Shown piece after piece: positions 10,034 through 23,429 of a DNA stretch of 64,000 bases. The notes beneath the pieces are model-generated. The model was not told the DNA's origin and ran no database searches. It saw only the letters and a list, made by a program, of their open reading frames with translations. The translations under genes and the position numbers were made by a program. The DNA is from Octopus vulgaris (lineage: Eukaryota). The stretch is taken from NCBI GenBank assembly GCA_951406725.2, contig OX597814.1, positions 176,514,001 through 176,578,000 of the forward strand, written 5' to 3'. The first letter of the stretch is position 1; every line of letters starts with the position of its first letter.

Positions 10034-12867
10034 ATATATTTGGTTACGACCACGGTAAAGGCTCCTCGTTGGCCGGTCACATCTTTCAAAAAAGCATGAA
10101 CATCACAGATTGGATTCACCTTCAGGTATTGTTTCAGTTCAAGAAATTATTCATTTCAGCTGTTCCTATTATGAAATATAGCCATTTCAGTTCTCTTAAG
10201 TCGCTGACATCCTTGAGAAAGATAAAAAAAAAAAAATATCGCGAAATATTCTGTTTTCTCCTATTTTAATACTCCAATAATTTAGCGAATTAATTTTATC
10301 CAATCTATACACTTCAAATATTATTGCTTAGCCACTATATATATATATAAAGTTATGAGAATTTTTTTAACGTTTACTGTGCTGAACTTTGGCGAAAACA
10401 AATAACCATATACGGGCCAGTGAGCAAATTTTTATGTCGTAGGTTGACCTATAAATAGCGACCACGTCTCCCTGAAATCACATAATACCATCTTGAACAG
10501 AAAGTTATTTAATAATGCGATCTAAGGTGGCATTTTACCTGAAAATAAGGTTGCATAGTCATGTTGGAATTTCTTTCGTCATAGATTTTCACAATCAAGG
10601 CTGGCTTAGACTACACAACCCGTGCAAACAAACGAGGAATTTGTTGGATCCAAGTTGTTTCTGCATTCTTGTGTATATTTTCTTTCGTTAGTTTTGGAAT
10701 AGTTGTCCCTCGAAGTCCCAGACATCATTGGAAAAGAAAAGGTTACAGAAATGGAGGGTAGTATTAAACAGCGGGGATATCGTAATAAGAAAGAAAAAAA
10801 ATTGAAGAAATAAAGCTACTTTTTCTTTACCTATGAGGTATGGGAATTCGAAGGGCAGCTATTTCAAAACTCTTCCAAAATGTTTAACTTGTTAAACTAC
10901 GAAGGCCGAGGTCATTTTTATTTTACACTGAGAGATGGCTATGCAAATTTGTAGGAGTGAAGTCGCGCTTGAGTTGACCCCGATTACATGTGGCACCAAT
11001 CTGTACTTTTGCTACATGTCAGCTACTTTTGTTTTTGTATGGTACGTAAGACACTCCAACCCTGACGGAATTTGAGTTCAGAACATACAAGGTGGTGATA
11101 TTAATTTAAACTCCTGCCTGGAAAAGAAAAAATTAGAGTTCTGCTTTTTTGTTTTACTGACTATATATCAATTCTTACACTCTCATTGCATTTACTCAGA
11201 ATAATATTTATTCTTTGGCTCTAAGTGAGCGAATGTATGATTAAAAACATTCCTTCAAGCCTTGAGACTATCCCACTTTTTTTCTACATCAGGTACAACA
11301 TAAACCAATCTATCCTTTATTTAAGGCAGTAGAACGTGAGTTAAGTGATGGAAGTGGGGATTTGGTCGCTATTTCTAGATGATCGAATAACCATGTAGAG
11401 GCTCTCTCGTTGGCTCAGTATTTGTATTTACAGAACTCAGTACATATTTGGGAATAAACATCATATAATAGAAATATTTGTTTATATCGTATTTGATGGC
11501 ATAACATACGCACAAGCATACTAGATGCAACTTAATTTCATTAATGCATATCTAGAGGTGGGGGGGAACTTTTACGTATCAAAGTATGTAATGTAGTCCC
11601 AACTTCGCATATAGGACCCGGGATGAGTTTCTCTTTATTTTGGGGACAATAAAGTGTTTTGTTTGCCATCTATACGGCATGTTTAACGTTGTAGAGCGGT
11701 TGTTGCTACTTAGTTATACGAACTATTTAATCTTTTGAACTCCCCCCACTTTTCAGTTTTCAAAAGTATTGTCAAAAGATCTATACTGAAATTTTGAAAA
11801 GGAAGAAGAAAAAATATATCCTAAAACTTTGTTAACTGAAAACATCCGAATGGACAAGGGATCTAAATCTACTGTATTCATAACCTTGTTGGTTACAGAA
11901 ATATATATTTCGTTACAGATTTATTATTCTTGCAGTTGAAATGCAACGGTTAGAAGTGAAATGTCCAATTTAATACTAATTACATTTAAAGAACTGCATG
12001 AACGATCGTCTTAATATTTTCTCTGGTCTTGAATCCATTTTCCACAAAGAGAAGTAACTCCTACTGGATACTTTGTCGAAATCAACAGGTGTCTGGAAAC
12101 CTGAAAACATTTTTCTTCAACGTTGACCTCATAATATCAGTATGAAAATATATAGCGGGGACAGAAGTATAGTCGATTACATCGACATCAGTACTGGACT
12201 AATGTTTTATTTTATCGATCCTACCTCACCGGTATAGGATGGAAAAGCTATATTGACCTCAGCAGGACTGAACTCAGGACGTAAAGAATTGCCGAACAGT
12301 ACTGACACACATCGATTACGTGTCATTCGTGATTGTTATTATCTTGTTCCCTTATTAATTTTGATCGGTAGATATGATGAAAGGCATTCTAAAACTTCTA
12401 TTTAAGGGCTACCGAGAACTTACATTCTCTAATGTTTCCTTTCCTTTTTAGCTTGGCATGATGTAGTTTGACGGAGATTTGGCCCCTATTTTTAGTAGGT
12501 CCAGCATGCATATATAGCAGGGATTGGGAATCTTAAAATGCTGTCCCCATTTAAATAAGATATCACAATACCGCCAGCTCACGAAGTACCCTAAAAACCC
12601 ATTAAAAAAACAAACAAATATTTCAAAAACATTTGCGTTCAACACGCCATAAAAAGTATTCTGGGTTAATCAATGGCATAAATTAACCAGGTTTTTAATA
12701 ATGTTATTTCTTAAGGTAGCATGCACACCTTGTATTTCTCAGCACAGATGTACCAGCCACAGGTTCTTACATTTGTTATTCTCCCTCACCCTCTGGCGTA
12801 GAGTGACTTTTAGTAGCTCAGTGTTGGTGACCCATGCATTTGACAACTTTTAAGTACTTTTCTCTTA

Positions 12868-13239
12868 TCTCTATATACATAAACGGCAAAATGTCTGTGT
12901 GTATGTGTGTGTATCCTTTATACAAATCCACAATTTTTCAGTTAGAGGGCTCGCACTTTCTATGGTCATTCAAAACCGTCCAAGGGTGGTCGTGCACATC
13001 TTTACATTTCCCCAGTCACCCCGCAAAGCCATTAAAAAATCAATAGAAGTGACTTTTTTGTGAATTTTCTATCCAAAATCCAATCAAAATGCCTGAAACT
13101 TGATACGCCAATTGAATGCCAGCTAGCTGTATGTGATTGGTCGGAGATTTGGACAGTACTTGCGTGTATGTGTGCACGCACGCAGCTGTATATGCATGCA
13201 CAAGCGCTATGACCTGGCGTTGCCGGGTCATAGTGCTAG
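12868..13239 (+). mobile_element. Non-autonomous Helitron
   Basis: 5' TC(TC)TATATACATAAA after A; subterminal hairpin GCGCTATGACCTGGC-GTT-GCCGGGTCATAGTGC; 3' CTAG followed by T; no TSD. Confidence 0.8.
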
Positions 13240-13350
13240 TAACTTTTTAAATTCTTTACTCTCTTATAAGAGCAGAAACAAAATTAAAGAAAACTTATTC
13301 CTTCTTAACGAAACTTAAGTACTCCAGTTTATTGGAATGTTCATTTAAAC

Positions 13351-13545
13351 CAGGGAGGGACAACTTTTTGTCAGCTGGGGGCCGCATTGTACCATTTCCG
13401 AGTGGGAGAGGGCCGCATGATAAAACATGCATGAAATATTACTTGCCCATTTTACACTGAATTTTTCACAGTTCTTCTTAATTTTGTCTTAGTATGAAAT
13501 TAGTATCCTAGGAACTCGTTGAGGGCCGCAGGTTGCCCATGCATG
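13351..13545. mobile_element. hAT-type MITE
   Basis: CAGGGAGGGACAAC...GTTGCCCATGCATG imperfect TIRs, internal GGGCCGCA motifs, 8-bp TSD ATTTAAAC (13343-13350, 13546-13553). Confidence 0.75.
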
Positions 13546-13720
13546 ATTTAAACCAATGTTTTTCAACCATTCTTTTACTCTATGGGCAGACCCCTTTGAT
13601 TTCTATTTTACTCGGATGCACCTTCATAACCACTCGACGTTTAAAAGATCCTAGTTTATTTTTATAATTAAATATTATTAGGAATTGTATAAAGATAGTT
13701 AAAACATTTTGTATATTGTT

Positions 13721-14157
13721 GAGGGTGGCCCAAAAGTTACAAAGGTGTTAATTCATTTATGTTGTTTAAAATTTACGAAAACTTAGCACCACATACAGCA
13801 TATATATATATGCGAAGGTAAAGAATACATACAGCCGGTGTTTTGGGTTAGGGTTGCTCCTAAACAGATATATATATCGTTTTAAAAAAACATAAATCTG
13901 AAAGCAGAAGCACACTGTATGATGTAGAGCAGTATATATTAAAAATGGAGAAGGGCAGTTTATGAGATTACCTTAGGTTTCCGTCCATAAAGGGTTTAGC
14001 TTTATGAAGTATTATCAGTTCCCAAAAACCTGTTGGTCCATGACCTCTTAAAAATAGGTTTTTGGGATCTGACAATATGTCCTTTATGGACGGGAAACCT
14101 AAGTTAATCCCATAAACTGGTCTTCCCCATTTTTAATATATATATTTATATTATATT

Positions 14158-14199
<42 letters not shown>

Positions 14200-14324
14200 G
14201 CTTACAAGAAATATATGTACATTAGAAGTGAAAAGTAACATTTTGTGAATTACAAATAAAAAATATATAATTAAAATGAATTTATTCAGCTTTTAGACTC
14301 CTCTGTGATTTTTGGGCCACCCTG
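13721..14324. mobile_element. Tc1/mariner-type MITE nested in the hAT MITE
   Basis: AGGGTGGCCCAAAA...TTTTGGGCCACCCTG-TA TIRs. Confidence 0.7.
13933..14142. mobile_element. Small foldback element in (TA)n with a degenerate hammerhead (14063-14112, +)
   Basis: ~60-bp outer inverted repeats and an inner inverted repeat; TGGGAT-CTGACAA-..GTCC-TTTAT-GGAC-..GAAAC-CTAA-GTTA-ATCCCA. Confidence 0.6.
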
Positions 14325-15553
14325 TAGAAGCAAACCCCAATTTATTGTACATAACAAAATCTTATATAGATTCCCAAAAATATATGTGCCCCAGTTGAAA
14401 ACCACTGATTTAAACTAAATTCTATGTAGTTATTACTAGCATGATCCTTGGATATCTTCCATTTAATAAATGTTCTTGTATTTTATGCATAAATTTATAC
14501 ATCATCGTAACATTGTTTCATCATGTTAAAAAATTCGGTCATTTCTTCAATTTTGTTCCACAGTTAAGCTTGTTTAAAGTGTGTCATTTGACAAACCAAT
14601 GTTGTGACAAGTAAGTTAATAAATATAATAATAGGTTTCATAATGTAAACAGGAAGAAAAAAGAACTCAAAACATGAGTATATATATATTTAGCAGAAGC
14701 AACAAAGTACCTCAATGGCTGAGAGTTTTGTGTGTTAACACTTATCAAACTATTTATACATTGAGGGGTTGTGAATTTATATTATCAAAATTTAATAATG
14801 GAAATGATTCCAAAATTTTCGCTCAATATTGAAAATTTTGTAGTTATGCTTGGGTGACTATCTTTACTGATAATCGGATATATCTCTCTCTATATATATA
14901 TATATGTATGGTCCCATGCCTGAGGCAACTAAAAAGCACCATTCAAGCGTGGTCATTTACCATGTGAACTACAATGCAAAAATTATGAGAAAGATATCGT
15001 GTATAATTTTTTTTTTTTTTTGTGCAGGGGTTCCTTGAGACATGTAATTTATTTTAAGGGTTATGCAAAGAAAAAAAAATGTTGAGAAACACTGTCTTAT
15101 TTGGGAGTGGGTGAGAGTTGGCAAAGAGTATCCAGCTGGTGAAAATCCTCAGTGAATTCTGTCTGACCCATGCAAACATGGAAAGGCAGATATTGAAACA
15201 TTAACCTCATCTCTGCTGTCTATCTCTTCGCAACTTTAGTACAAGGACCTGTTCTGCACCCCACCCCCATACTTTAATCCCTCAATCCCCAGCATAAAAC
15301 TGATCCCTCTTTCCCTTGAGGTTCATAGTTTTGCAAACTGCATGGCAATCTCTATAGTACTAGTGGCCAACACACAAAAATCACTCAGCCCATGCTGTAA
15401 AGTGATTGATGTTATGAAGGGCATCCAGCCATAGAAACCATACTAAAGCAGGCATTGGAGCACAATGCAGTCCTTGGACACATTGGATCCTGTCAAGCCA
15501 TCCAATCCATACCAGTGTGGATGTTAAATGATGAGGATTATGATCTATATTAA

Positions 15554-16524
15554 CCCTTTAGCATTCAGATTACTTTATCAAATGTAGTGCTTATTTAATT
15601 ACTTGGTTTTCATCTAATCATGCATTATATTGTAGCTTTGAGACTTTGATGATGTGGTTGTTTATTTTTAGAATGACATTGTAGAATAGGTGTGAGAAGG
15701 TGGATCAGGCTGGTTTGAACATGACTGACTGGCACTTTGTCGGTTACAACAGTGAGAGTTTCAGTTGATTCGATCAACAGAACAACCTCCTTGTGAAATT
15801 AACAGACAAGTGGATGAGCACTCCACAAACGCATGTACCCTAAATGTAGTTATCACTGGCATCCGTGCTAGTGGAGCGCTAAGAGCACCATCCGAGCATG
15901 ATCGTTGCCAGAGCACCTAATTGGCCTCCATGCCGGTGGCACGTAAAAAGTACCATTCAAGCGTGATTGTTACCAGCATCACCTTACTGACACTTGTGCC
16001 AGTGGCATGTGAAAAACATTCGAGCAAGGTCATTGCCATTGCCACTGGACTGGCTCCTGTGCAGGTGGCACATAATAAACAAAAAAATTGGCTGTTGCCA
16101 GTACTGCCTGACTTGCCCTCATGCCAGTGGCACATAAAAGCACCCACTACACTCTCGGAGTGGTTGGCATTAGGAAGGGCATCCAGCTGTAGAAACTCTG
16201 CCAGATCAGATTGGAGCCTGGTGCAGCCATCAGGTTCGCCAGTCCTCAGTCAAATTGTCCAACCCATGCTAGCATGGAAAGCAGACGTTAAACAATGATG
16301 ATGCAACATGACACAGAATGTGACAAGGCTGGCCCTTGGAATAACAAGTACTACTCATTTTTACCAGCTGAGTGGACTGGATTAATGCGTTGCCAGGAAT
16401 TGAACTCATGACCTTGCGATTGTGAGCTGAACACCCTAACAACTAAGCCACGTGCCTTCACTTGTTGGAACATTACACAAGTTGAATATCTAAACCTGAT
16501 ATGGCTGGTTTAAATGCTAAAGGG
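15554..16524. mobile_element. TTAA-type MITE (CCCTTTAGCATT TIR) with nested SINEs (~15722-16462)
   Basis: TTAA-CCCTTTAGCATT...AATGCTAAAGGG-TTAG; uninterrupted relative at 55844-56058. Confidence 0.7.
15855..16303 (+). mobile_element. SINE family C copy with internal tandem subrepeats
   Basis: Family C body and (GAT)n tail. Confidence 0.75.
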
Positions 16525-16782
16525 TTAGGCACAATACAGATGAAATATGTGTGTTATTTCCTATTATAGATGGCTATTCAAATGCATGTAACATTTTAAA
16601 AAGTAAAATGTATCCTTGTAGCTGTCTGATATATAGAAACTGACTATATTTCATTATTTTCGTTCTAGTTCCCATTTTTTACTATACTTCTTAAAATTTT
16701 CATTTTCGTTTCCTCAAACTTCTATAGTAGGAAAGCGACCCACATATCTACAAGCTTTAGCTTAGTTTCATAAGTAACATAA

Positions 16783-17197
16783 GGATCTTTTTGGTTTGAA
16801 CGGCAGTTTTTTCTAGCGGTGTCATATGAAATTGTCACCCATAATTATGACCCAAGAATCAATCTATTGCATTTCAATCTGTTTTAGGGTTAGGGTTAGG
16901 GGTGGGGGAAGGGTATCTTTTTTTTCTTCACAAATGTAAATAAACCCAATCTGTTTCTTAAACGAGGGACATATTCATACGGCACAATGCTTTTTAACTC
17001 AATAGATGTCACTGATTGGTTGAAATTGCAGAAATTGAAGTAAAAAAACAACAAATATCTTACAAACTATAGAATTTTCTCAATAAAGCCAAGAGAAAAA
17101 GATGTTTTATAAACACATTCTACTAGTATACGAAGTTTAAACTTTTTTAGTTACCTAGAAATTATGTTAAAAACTGCCGTCCAAACCGAAAAGATCC
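16783..17197 (+). mobile_element. Merlin-like MITE
   Basis: TIR GGATCTTTT(C/T)GGTTTG(A/G)ACGGCAGTTTTT; 8-bp TSD TAACATAA (16775-16782, 17198-17205). Superfamily inferred from GG-starting TIR and TSD length. Confidence 0.75.
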
Positions 17198-18509
17198 TAA
17201 CATAACTCTAAATTTGGCACAAAGCCAGCAATTTTGAGGGGAAGGGTAATCATTTTACATCAACCCCAGTATTCATCTGGCACTTATTTTTATTGACCCT
17301 GAAAGGCGAAGTTGACCTTGGTAACATTTTAACTCAGAACGAACGTAAAGTGCAAGAAGAAATACTGTTAAGTATTTTTTGTCTTGCTCAGTAACAATTC
17401 TACCAGCTCACTGTCTCAGTTTCATAACTAACTAATATAACACTGTGAAATGAGAGATGTTTGGAGTGGGGATGGGGTGTGGCTGAAAGAATATGTAGTA
17501 AGTACTGCAGAGTTTCTATAAATAGTTAAGTGCCTGTGCGTGAGCTTTCTCCTACCCCAACTCTCTCTCTCACACACATACTCACAGGTGTGATGGATTG
17601 TATATTACTATCCTTCCACAGCTGTTGCCTTTCTTGTGTAGCATTGATCAATGGTAAGATATATGGTAACTTGTACAAAATGCCAACTCAATTTATATAA
17701 TGGCATTACATCTATGTGGAAAAAGAAGAAAATCGGTATCACTGTTTATCTATTTATCTGACATATTCAATATCCCAAATAAAATGATAAAGCAAAAATA
17801 AAGAGATTATATCATTCATTTATTGAATTTCCCAAGTGAATTCTTGTTTTCTCTGTATGCTTGGGCTTGTGTGTGTGTATATATATGTGGTGGATCGAGA
17901 TTTGTTGATAGGCAATTTTGAAATTGGATTCACATAAAGATTTTTTTTTGTCTTTCACTTGCTGTGTCTGGTGGAAGAGAGAAGTGCCCTTGGCCTTTTC
18001 AGGACATACTAGGCCATTGACACCAATATTAATCATCATCATCATCATCTAGAGTTTGTATTCTAAGCTAGTTGGATGGTTTGGCATGATCCAACAGGCT
18101 AGAGAACTACAACAAGCTCCGTTGTCCCTTTTGGCATGGTTTCTACAGCTGGATGGCCTTTCTAACGCCGACCACTTTACAGAGTATATATTAATATTCT
18201 CCTTAAACTGTTGCCAGATGATACTTGCAGTAAAGATACAAACAGGTGGAAAGTTGCAGATGGTTATCATTCTCTAAGGTGGTGAGCTGGCAGTATCGTT
18301 AGCATACTGGCTGAAATACTTAGTAGCATTTCATCCATCTTTATGTTCTGAGTTCAAATTCTGCTGAGGTTGGCTTTACCTTTCATCCTTTCAAGGTCGA
18401 TAAAATAAGTACCTGTTGAGTACTGGGGCTGATGTAATTACCCTCGCTGGTGAAAAAGTCTCTCAAGGGAGATCTCTTGATCGACAACATCACTGAGCAA
18501 CAGCAAAAA

Positions 18510-18900
18510 GCGGCTAGCTGGCAGAAATGTTAGCACGCCAGGCAAAATGCTTAGCAGTATTTCGTCTGCCGTTATGTTCTGAGTTCAAATTCCACTGAGG
18601 TCAACTTTGCCTTTCATCCTTTCGGGGTCGATTAAATAAGTACCAGTTATGCACTGGGGTTGATATAATCGACTTAATCCATCTGTCTGTCCTTGTTTGT
18701 CCTCTGTGTTTAGCCCCTTGTGGGTCATAAAGAAATAGGTATTTCGCCCGTCGCTATGTTTCCGCCGAGGTCAACTTTGCCTTTCATCCTTTCGGGGTCG
18801 ATAAATTAAGTACCAGTTATGCCCTGGGGTCAATGTAATCGACTTAAATCCCTTTGTTTGTCCCCTCTATGTTTAGCCCCTTGTGGGCAATAATGAAATA
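18510..18900 (+). mobile_element. SINE family A, dimeric/tandem copy
   Basis: Core and tail present twice. Confidence 0.75.
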
Positions 18901-19539
18901 GGAAACATGTGAGGGTTGCTGACAGAAAATCTTTCTCATTGAATTCAGACTCTAATCATTATATCACATTGACTGAGAATCCTTTTAAGAATCAGTCAAC
19001 ATCATACTTGCAGAAATCCTGAAAGATCTTTGGGCACAAGTCGAAATATGTTTGGCTTTTGACAAATAATAGTATGAAAAACTATAAAATTATTTAGAAG
19101 TTATGAGAACATCTGAAACCTTATAATCAATGATGACCATGATATTTGTATTTCAGAGTAACTCAATATCTTGTGCCATAGAAATACTATGTTAAACATC
19201 TATTGAAAGCTAATATCTTTTTGTCACCACAAATCAAAATATTTGCTAGATTATTTTAAAATGCCTAGACAGCCCAATACTATACTGACAGATGGTCCAA
19301 ATTTATTGAAAAAATTTTTCTTTTGTTTCATACATCTCATATTGAATGCTTTTGTCACTATAAAGGGGGATTTTTTTTTTATTGAAATATTTCAAAATAC
19401 TTAACAGATGAATGTGAAACAACCTTGTATCACTTAGTTTAACCAAATCAAATTTTTAGTTTTCATTCTTTTAGCATGTATATTCAAGGGCTTTTATTTA
19501 TTGTATATGACAATATGAGATCATTTGATTAATTTCTTT

Positions 19540-19937
19540 TATCTCTTTTACTCTTTTACTTGTTTCAGTCATTTCACTGTGGCCATGATGGAGCACTGCC
19601 TTTAGTCGAGCAAATTGACCCCAGGACTTATTCTTTGTAAGCCTAGTACTTATTCTATCGGTCTCTTTTGCCAAACTGCTACGTTACGGGGACGTAAACA
19701 CACCAGCATCGGTTGTCAAGCGATGTTGGGGAAACAAACACAGACACATAAACACACATATATACATATATATGACGGGCTTCTTTCAGTTTCAATCTAC
19801 CAAATCCACTCACAAGGCTTTGGTTGGCCCGAGGCTATAGTAGAAGACACTTGCCCAAGGTGCCACGCAGTGGGACTGAACACAGAACCATGTGGTTGGT
19901 TAGCAAGCTACTTATCACACAGTCACTCCTATGCCTA
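19540..19937 (-). mobile_element. SINE family B, near full length
   Basis: tRNA-like head at the right end, ACAAGTAAAAGAG tail at the left end. Confidence 0.8.
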
Positions 19938-21714
19938 TTGATTCTCTCAAGGATCAATAGAATACGAAACTTTGTCATAATTTGTAAAGTTTCAGGTTAG
20001 AATATAATTCATTGTATATGTTTATGCTTACATTATCATCATCATCATTGTTTTAATGTTTAGTTTTCCATGCTTGCATGGGCGAGACAGAATCTGATGA
20101 AGCAGATTTTCTACAGCTGGATGCCTTTCCTGTTGCCAACCCTGACCTGTTTCCATGAAAGTAATATTTCCCCATGGCTGAACATGTTTATACAAAAGAA
20201 TGAAAATGAATGACTCTGCTTATGCAATGGTTATGCTCATTTACAATTATCATATGATGTCAAAACATCTCTCTCTCTCTCTCATACACACACTCTGCAC
20301 TTCTTTCAGTTTCTTTCTACCTAATTCACTTAGAAGGCTTTGGTCGGACCAAAGCTATGGCAGAAAATGTGTACAAGATGTCATAAAGTGGGAGTGGGCC
20401 TAGAGTCATGTGGCTGGGAATCCAACTTCTTAACCACTCTGCCCTGCCTGTGCCTCACAACATACACAATAAAGTTTGCTTTAAGCTGAACCTTCAAAAC
20501 TGACTACGTTTCACATATCACAAAATATGGTATTGTGAAATTATTTTGCTTCTTCCTCTTTGTTAACAAGAAAACAATACAGTTTGCATCTGATATAAGA
20601 CTTCTTTCTTTGACATGGTGCTTTGATTTTATTAATCCTTTTGATACCAACCCTCTTGATGCTGCCCTTGGTTATATGATACAAACTTTCTGGTTTACTC
20701 TCGGAGTGGTTGGCGTTAGGAAGAGCATCCACCTGTAGAAACTCTGCCAGATCAGATTGGAACCTGGTGCAGCCATCTGGTTTGCCAGCTCTCAGTCAAA
20801 TCATCAACCCATGCTAGCATGGAAAGCGGACATTAAAGGATGATGATGATGTAGTGTATTTAACAGAAATACGGTAACAAAAGGGTCAAACATGGTAATT
20901 TATCTGTTCCTTTCTAATCCTCACAGACCCACCTCTGAGAAACACTGCTCTAGCTCACTGGACCTTTTCCTACTGGCTCTAGAATTGAGGAAGTATTTAC
21001 CCTAGCTAGGGTTCAAATTATAAATTAAGTTTATCTCAATGTGGTGAGCAAAGCAATCTACATTCAGTCAACAAGTAAGCAGACTATCATATGTCTTACA
21101 GTACTCCCTCCTTCTCACACTGTATGTATATCCATACATGTGTAGGAAACAATAGTTAAGAACCTAAATTTGATTGCTAGAAAACTGGTTAGAGCAGGAT
21201 GGGTAATCATGATTATCTCATGTCATACACACACACATACATATACATACATATGCCAGCTTATTCAAATTAGTTCTGGTTTTTTCTGGAGCCTACACTG
21301 TTTCATCTGTTTTATTAAAAGTATGTCTTATCTTATTTGTGAAAGGTTTTAAATTACTACTTTGACATCAGCTTATTTATTTAAGATTATTAAATCTACT
21401 AATCAAACTTGCTGACAGGTAACTGTAAGAGAGAGAGTGTGTGTGTATCCATGTTGTAATTAAATCCTGTTGTTTAAGATGTTCCAAGTTCATATTCCAT
21501 CCAGTATCTGACAAGAAACGAGATCTTATAATACTTTCATCAGGCCAGAATGAAATACATGGATCAGGAGAATGAGATACAGTGCACAAGCCTTGAGCCT
21601 GGTGAGACACAGGTGTAACCTGGCCAGGAGGCACCCTACAGAGCTCAGTCCTTCCAAACATCACAGTCTCCTAGCCTTGGCAGACTAGTTCAACAGTAGC
21701 AAATTGTATCATAC

Positions 21715-21830
21715 AGAAAATTTGGGCATAAGAGGAATTAGATGCAGTGTACAAGCGAGAAGACTGCGCTGGTTTGGTCATGTGATGTGTATGGATGTAG
21801 ACAGTTGTATACAAAAGTGCTGATCACTTT
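21715..21830 (+). pseudogene. RTE LINE ORF C-terminal fragment
   Basis: Translates LGIRGIRCSVQARRLRWFGHVM. Confidence 0.65.
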
Positions 21831-23429
21831 AGTTGACCAGCAGAACATCCAAAAGAAAAATCTCATGACCCTTTGCAATAGGAAGAGAGAGAGCCAGGAG
21901 GTGAGCTGTGCTTGTTGCCAAACCCTTTCATTTTGCAAAATGATTACTAGGGGACAGGTACAGTGACTACCTGTGACCAACTGATATAGACCACTGACTC
22001 CTCCATGATATTGCTGAATGATCCAATACCAGAAAACTACTTTGCACCCAACAACAGAGTTCAGCATGAAAGAACCAAATCTGAAGGTTTTTGGAGTCAT
22101 GACAGCTCACTCAGATTTGTATATATACCTAGGATTATATTGTCCAATGTGTCTTTTCTTTTTTTTTTTAAATTAGGTTGTTATCTGAGAGAGCTTTGGT
22201 TGTTGTCTCTTGATCATTTGACCTGCTATAAATAATAGCCACATCCCACTGTCTTTAGGTTAAGGACATATTGTATCATATAGTCATACATACATGTAAA
22301 ATGAAAGGATGGTCACCTCTGCAAAGAATTTTATCATTCCATATTCCAATGGTGTATCCTGCTCAGTGTGCCAGCACTCTCCGGAGGTCCTCAAATGCCA
22401 GTAAAATATCTTGAAGATGATATGGGAAAGAGAGAGATGCCAATCAGAGGTGGTTTGTTAAATGAGTTTGGGTCTTTGGAGAGGAAAACTCAAAGAACAA
22501 AACAATTTCTCTCAATTTTGATGCTGGATGATGAAGAGATGTTTTTTTAGAATTTTCTCTTGAAGACCAAGTTTCTCTTCAAGAACAGCTGTACTGACAC
22601 ACGAATGCAAAAGAGCGGAATTTTTTTGTGTCTTGAAAACATTGCTATTAACCTTCACTGTTATTTTTTAAGTGTAGCATGGGCTCTGATTGAGCAGACC
22701 TGTATATTCTAATCAATACTACTCCATCTTTTTATATATCTAAGATTAAATTGTTCAATGTGTGCTTTTTTTCTTAAATTAGGTTGTCATTTGAGAGAGT
22801 CTTGGCTGCTGTTTCTAGCAGGTTGACTGTGCATCATGGAAATAGATGGAGCCTCTTCATGGTCATTTAAGCTGCTATAAATAACAGCTACACCCCTGTC
22901 AAATCACATATAGCCATCTTTAAGGAAATGATATTTTAGGTGATGTAGTCTTACATATCCCTAAAAGGAAGGGATAGCCACCTCTGTGAAGCATTTGATC
23001 ATTCATTTACTCCACCAGGGTTAAACAACCATAACACACATCATTGACTATTTTGTAAATAGTAATTTATTGTACGGGTGGGTACATACACACATGTATT
23101 TAAGCAGCATTCTCCTAATTACTGTCTGTTTCATAATTCAAAATGTACTTTGCTTTTATTGCAAATAATACGTGTATTATTGAAGAGAGATGTAGTTCCT
23201 TTTTTATTTTAGTTTGAATGACAACTTTCTGTTACCTGTTTTTTTTTTAATAAAAAATAATGACAATATGGTCTGATTTGAGAGATATTTGGTTGATATT
23301 TCTAGCATATCAAGTAATTGCATATAAGTATATGATGAGATCAGTTCATTCGGCACGTGTGCTCTACAACCAGAAGAAAGTTTTGGTTGGGGGACAAAAA
23401 TAATTTTAAAATATTTTTATGCATTTAAA

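Larger units (their letters stand above)
13554..14407. mobile_element. Second hAT-type MITE carrying nested insertions
   Basis: CAATGTTTTTCAAC...GTTGAAAACCACTG TIRs; TSD ATTTAAAC at 13546-13553 and 14408-14415. Confidence 0.75.
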
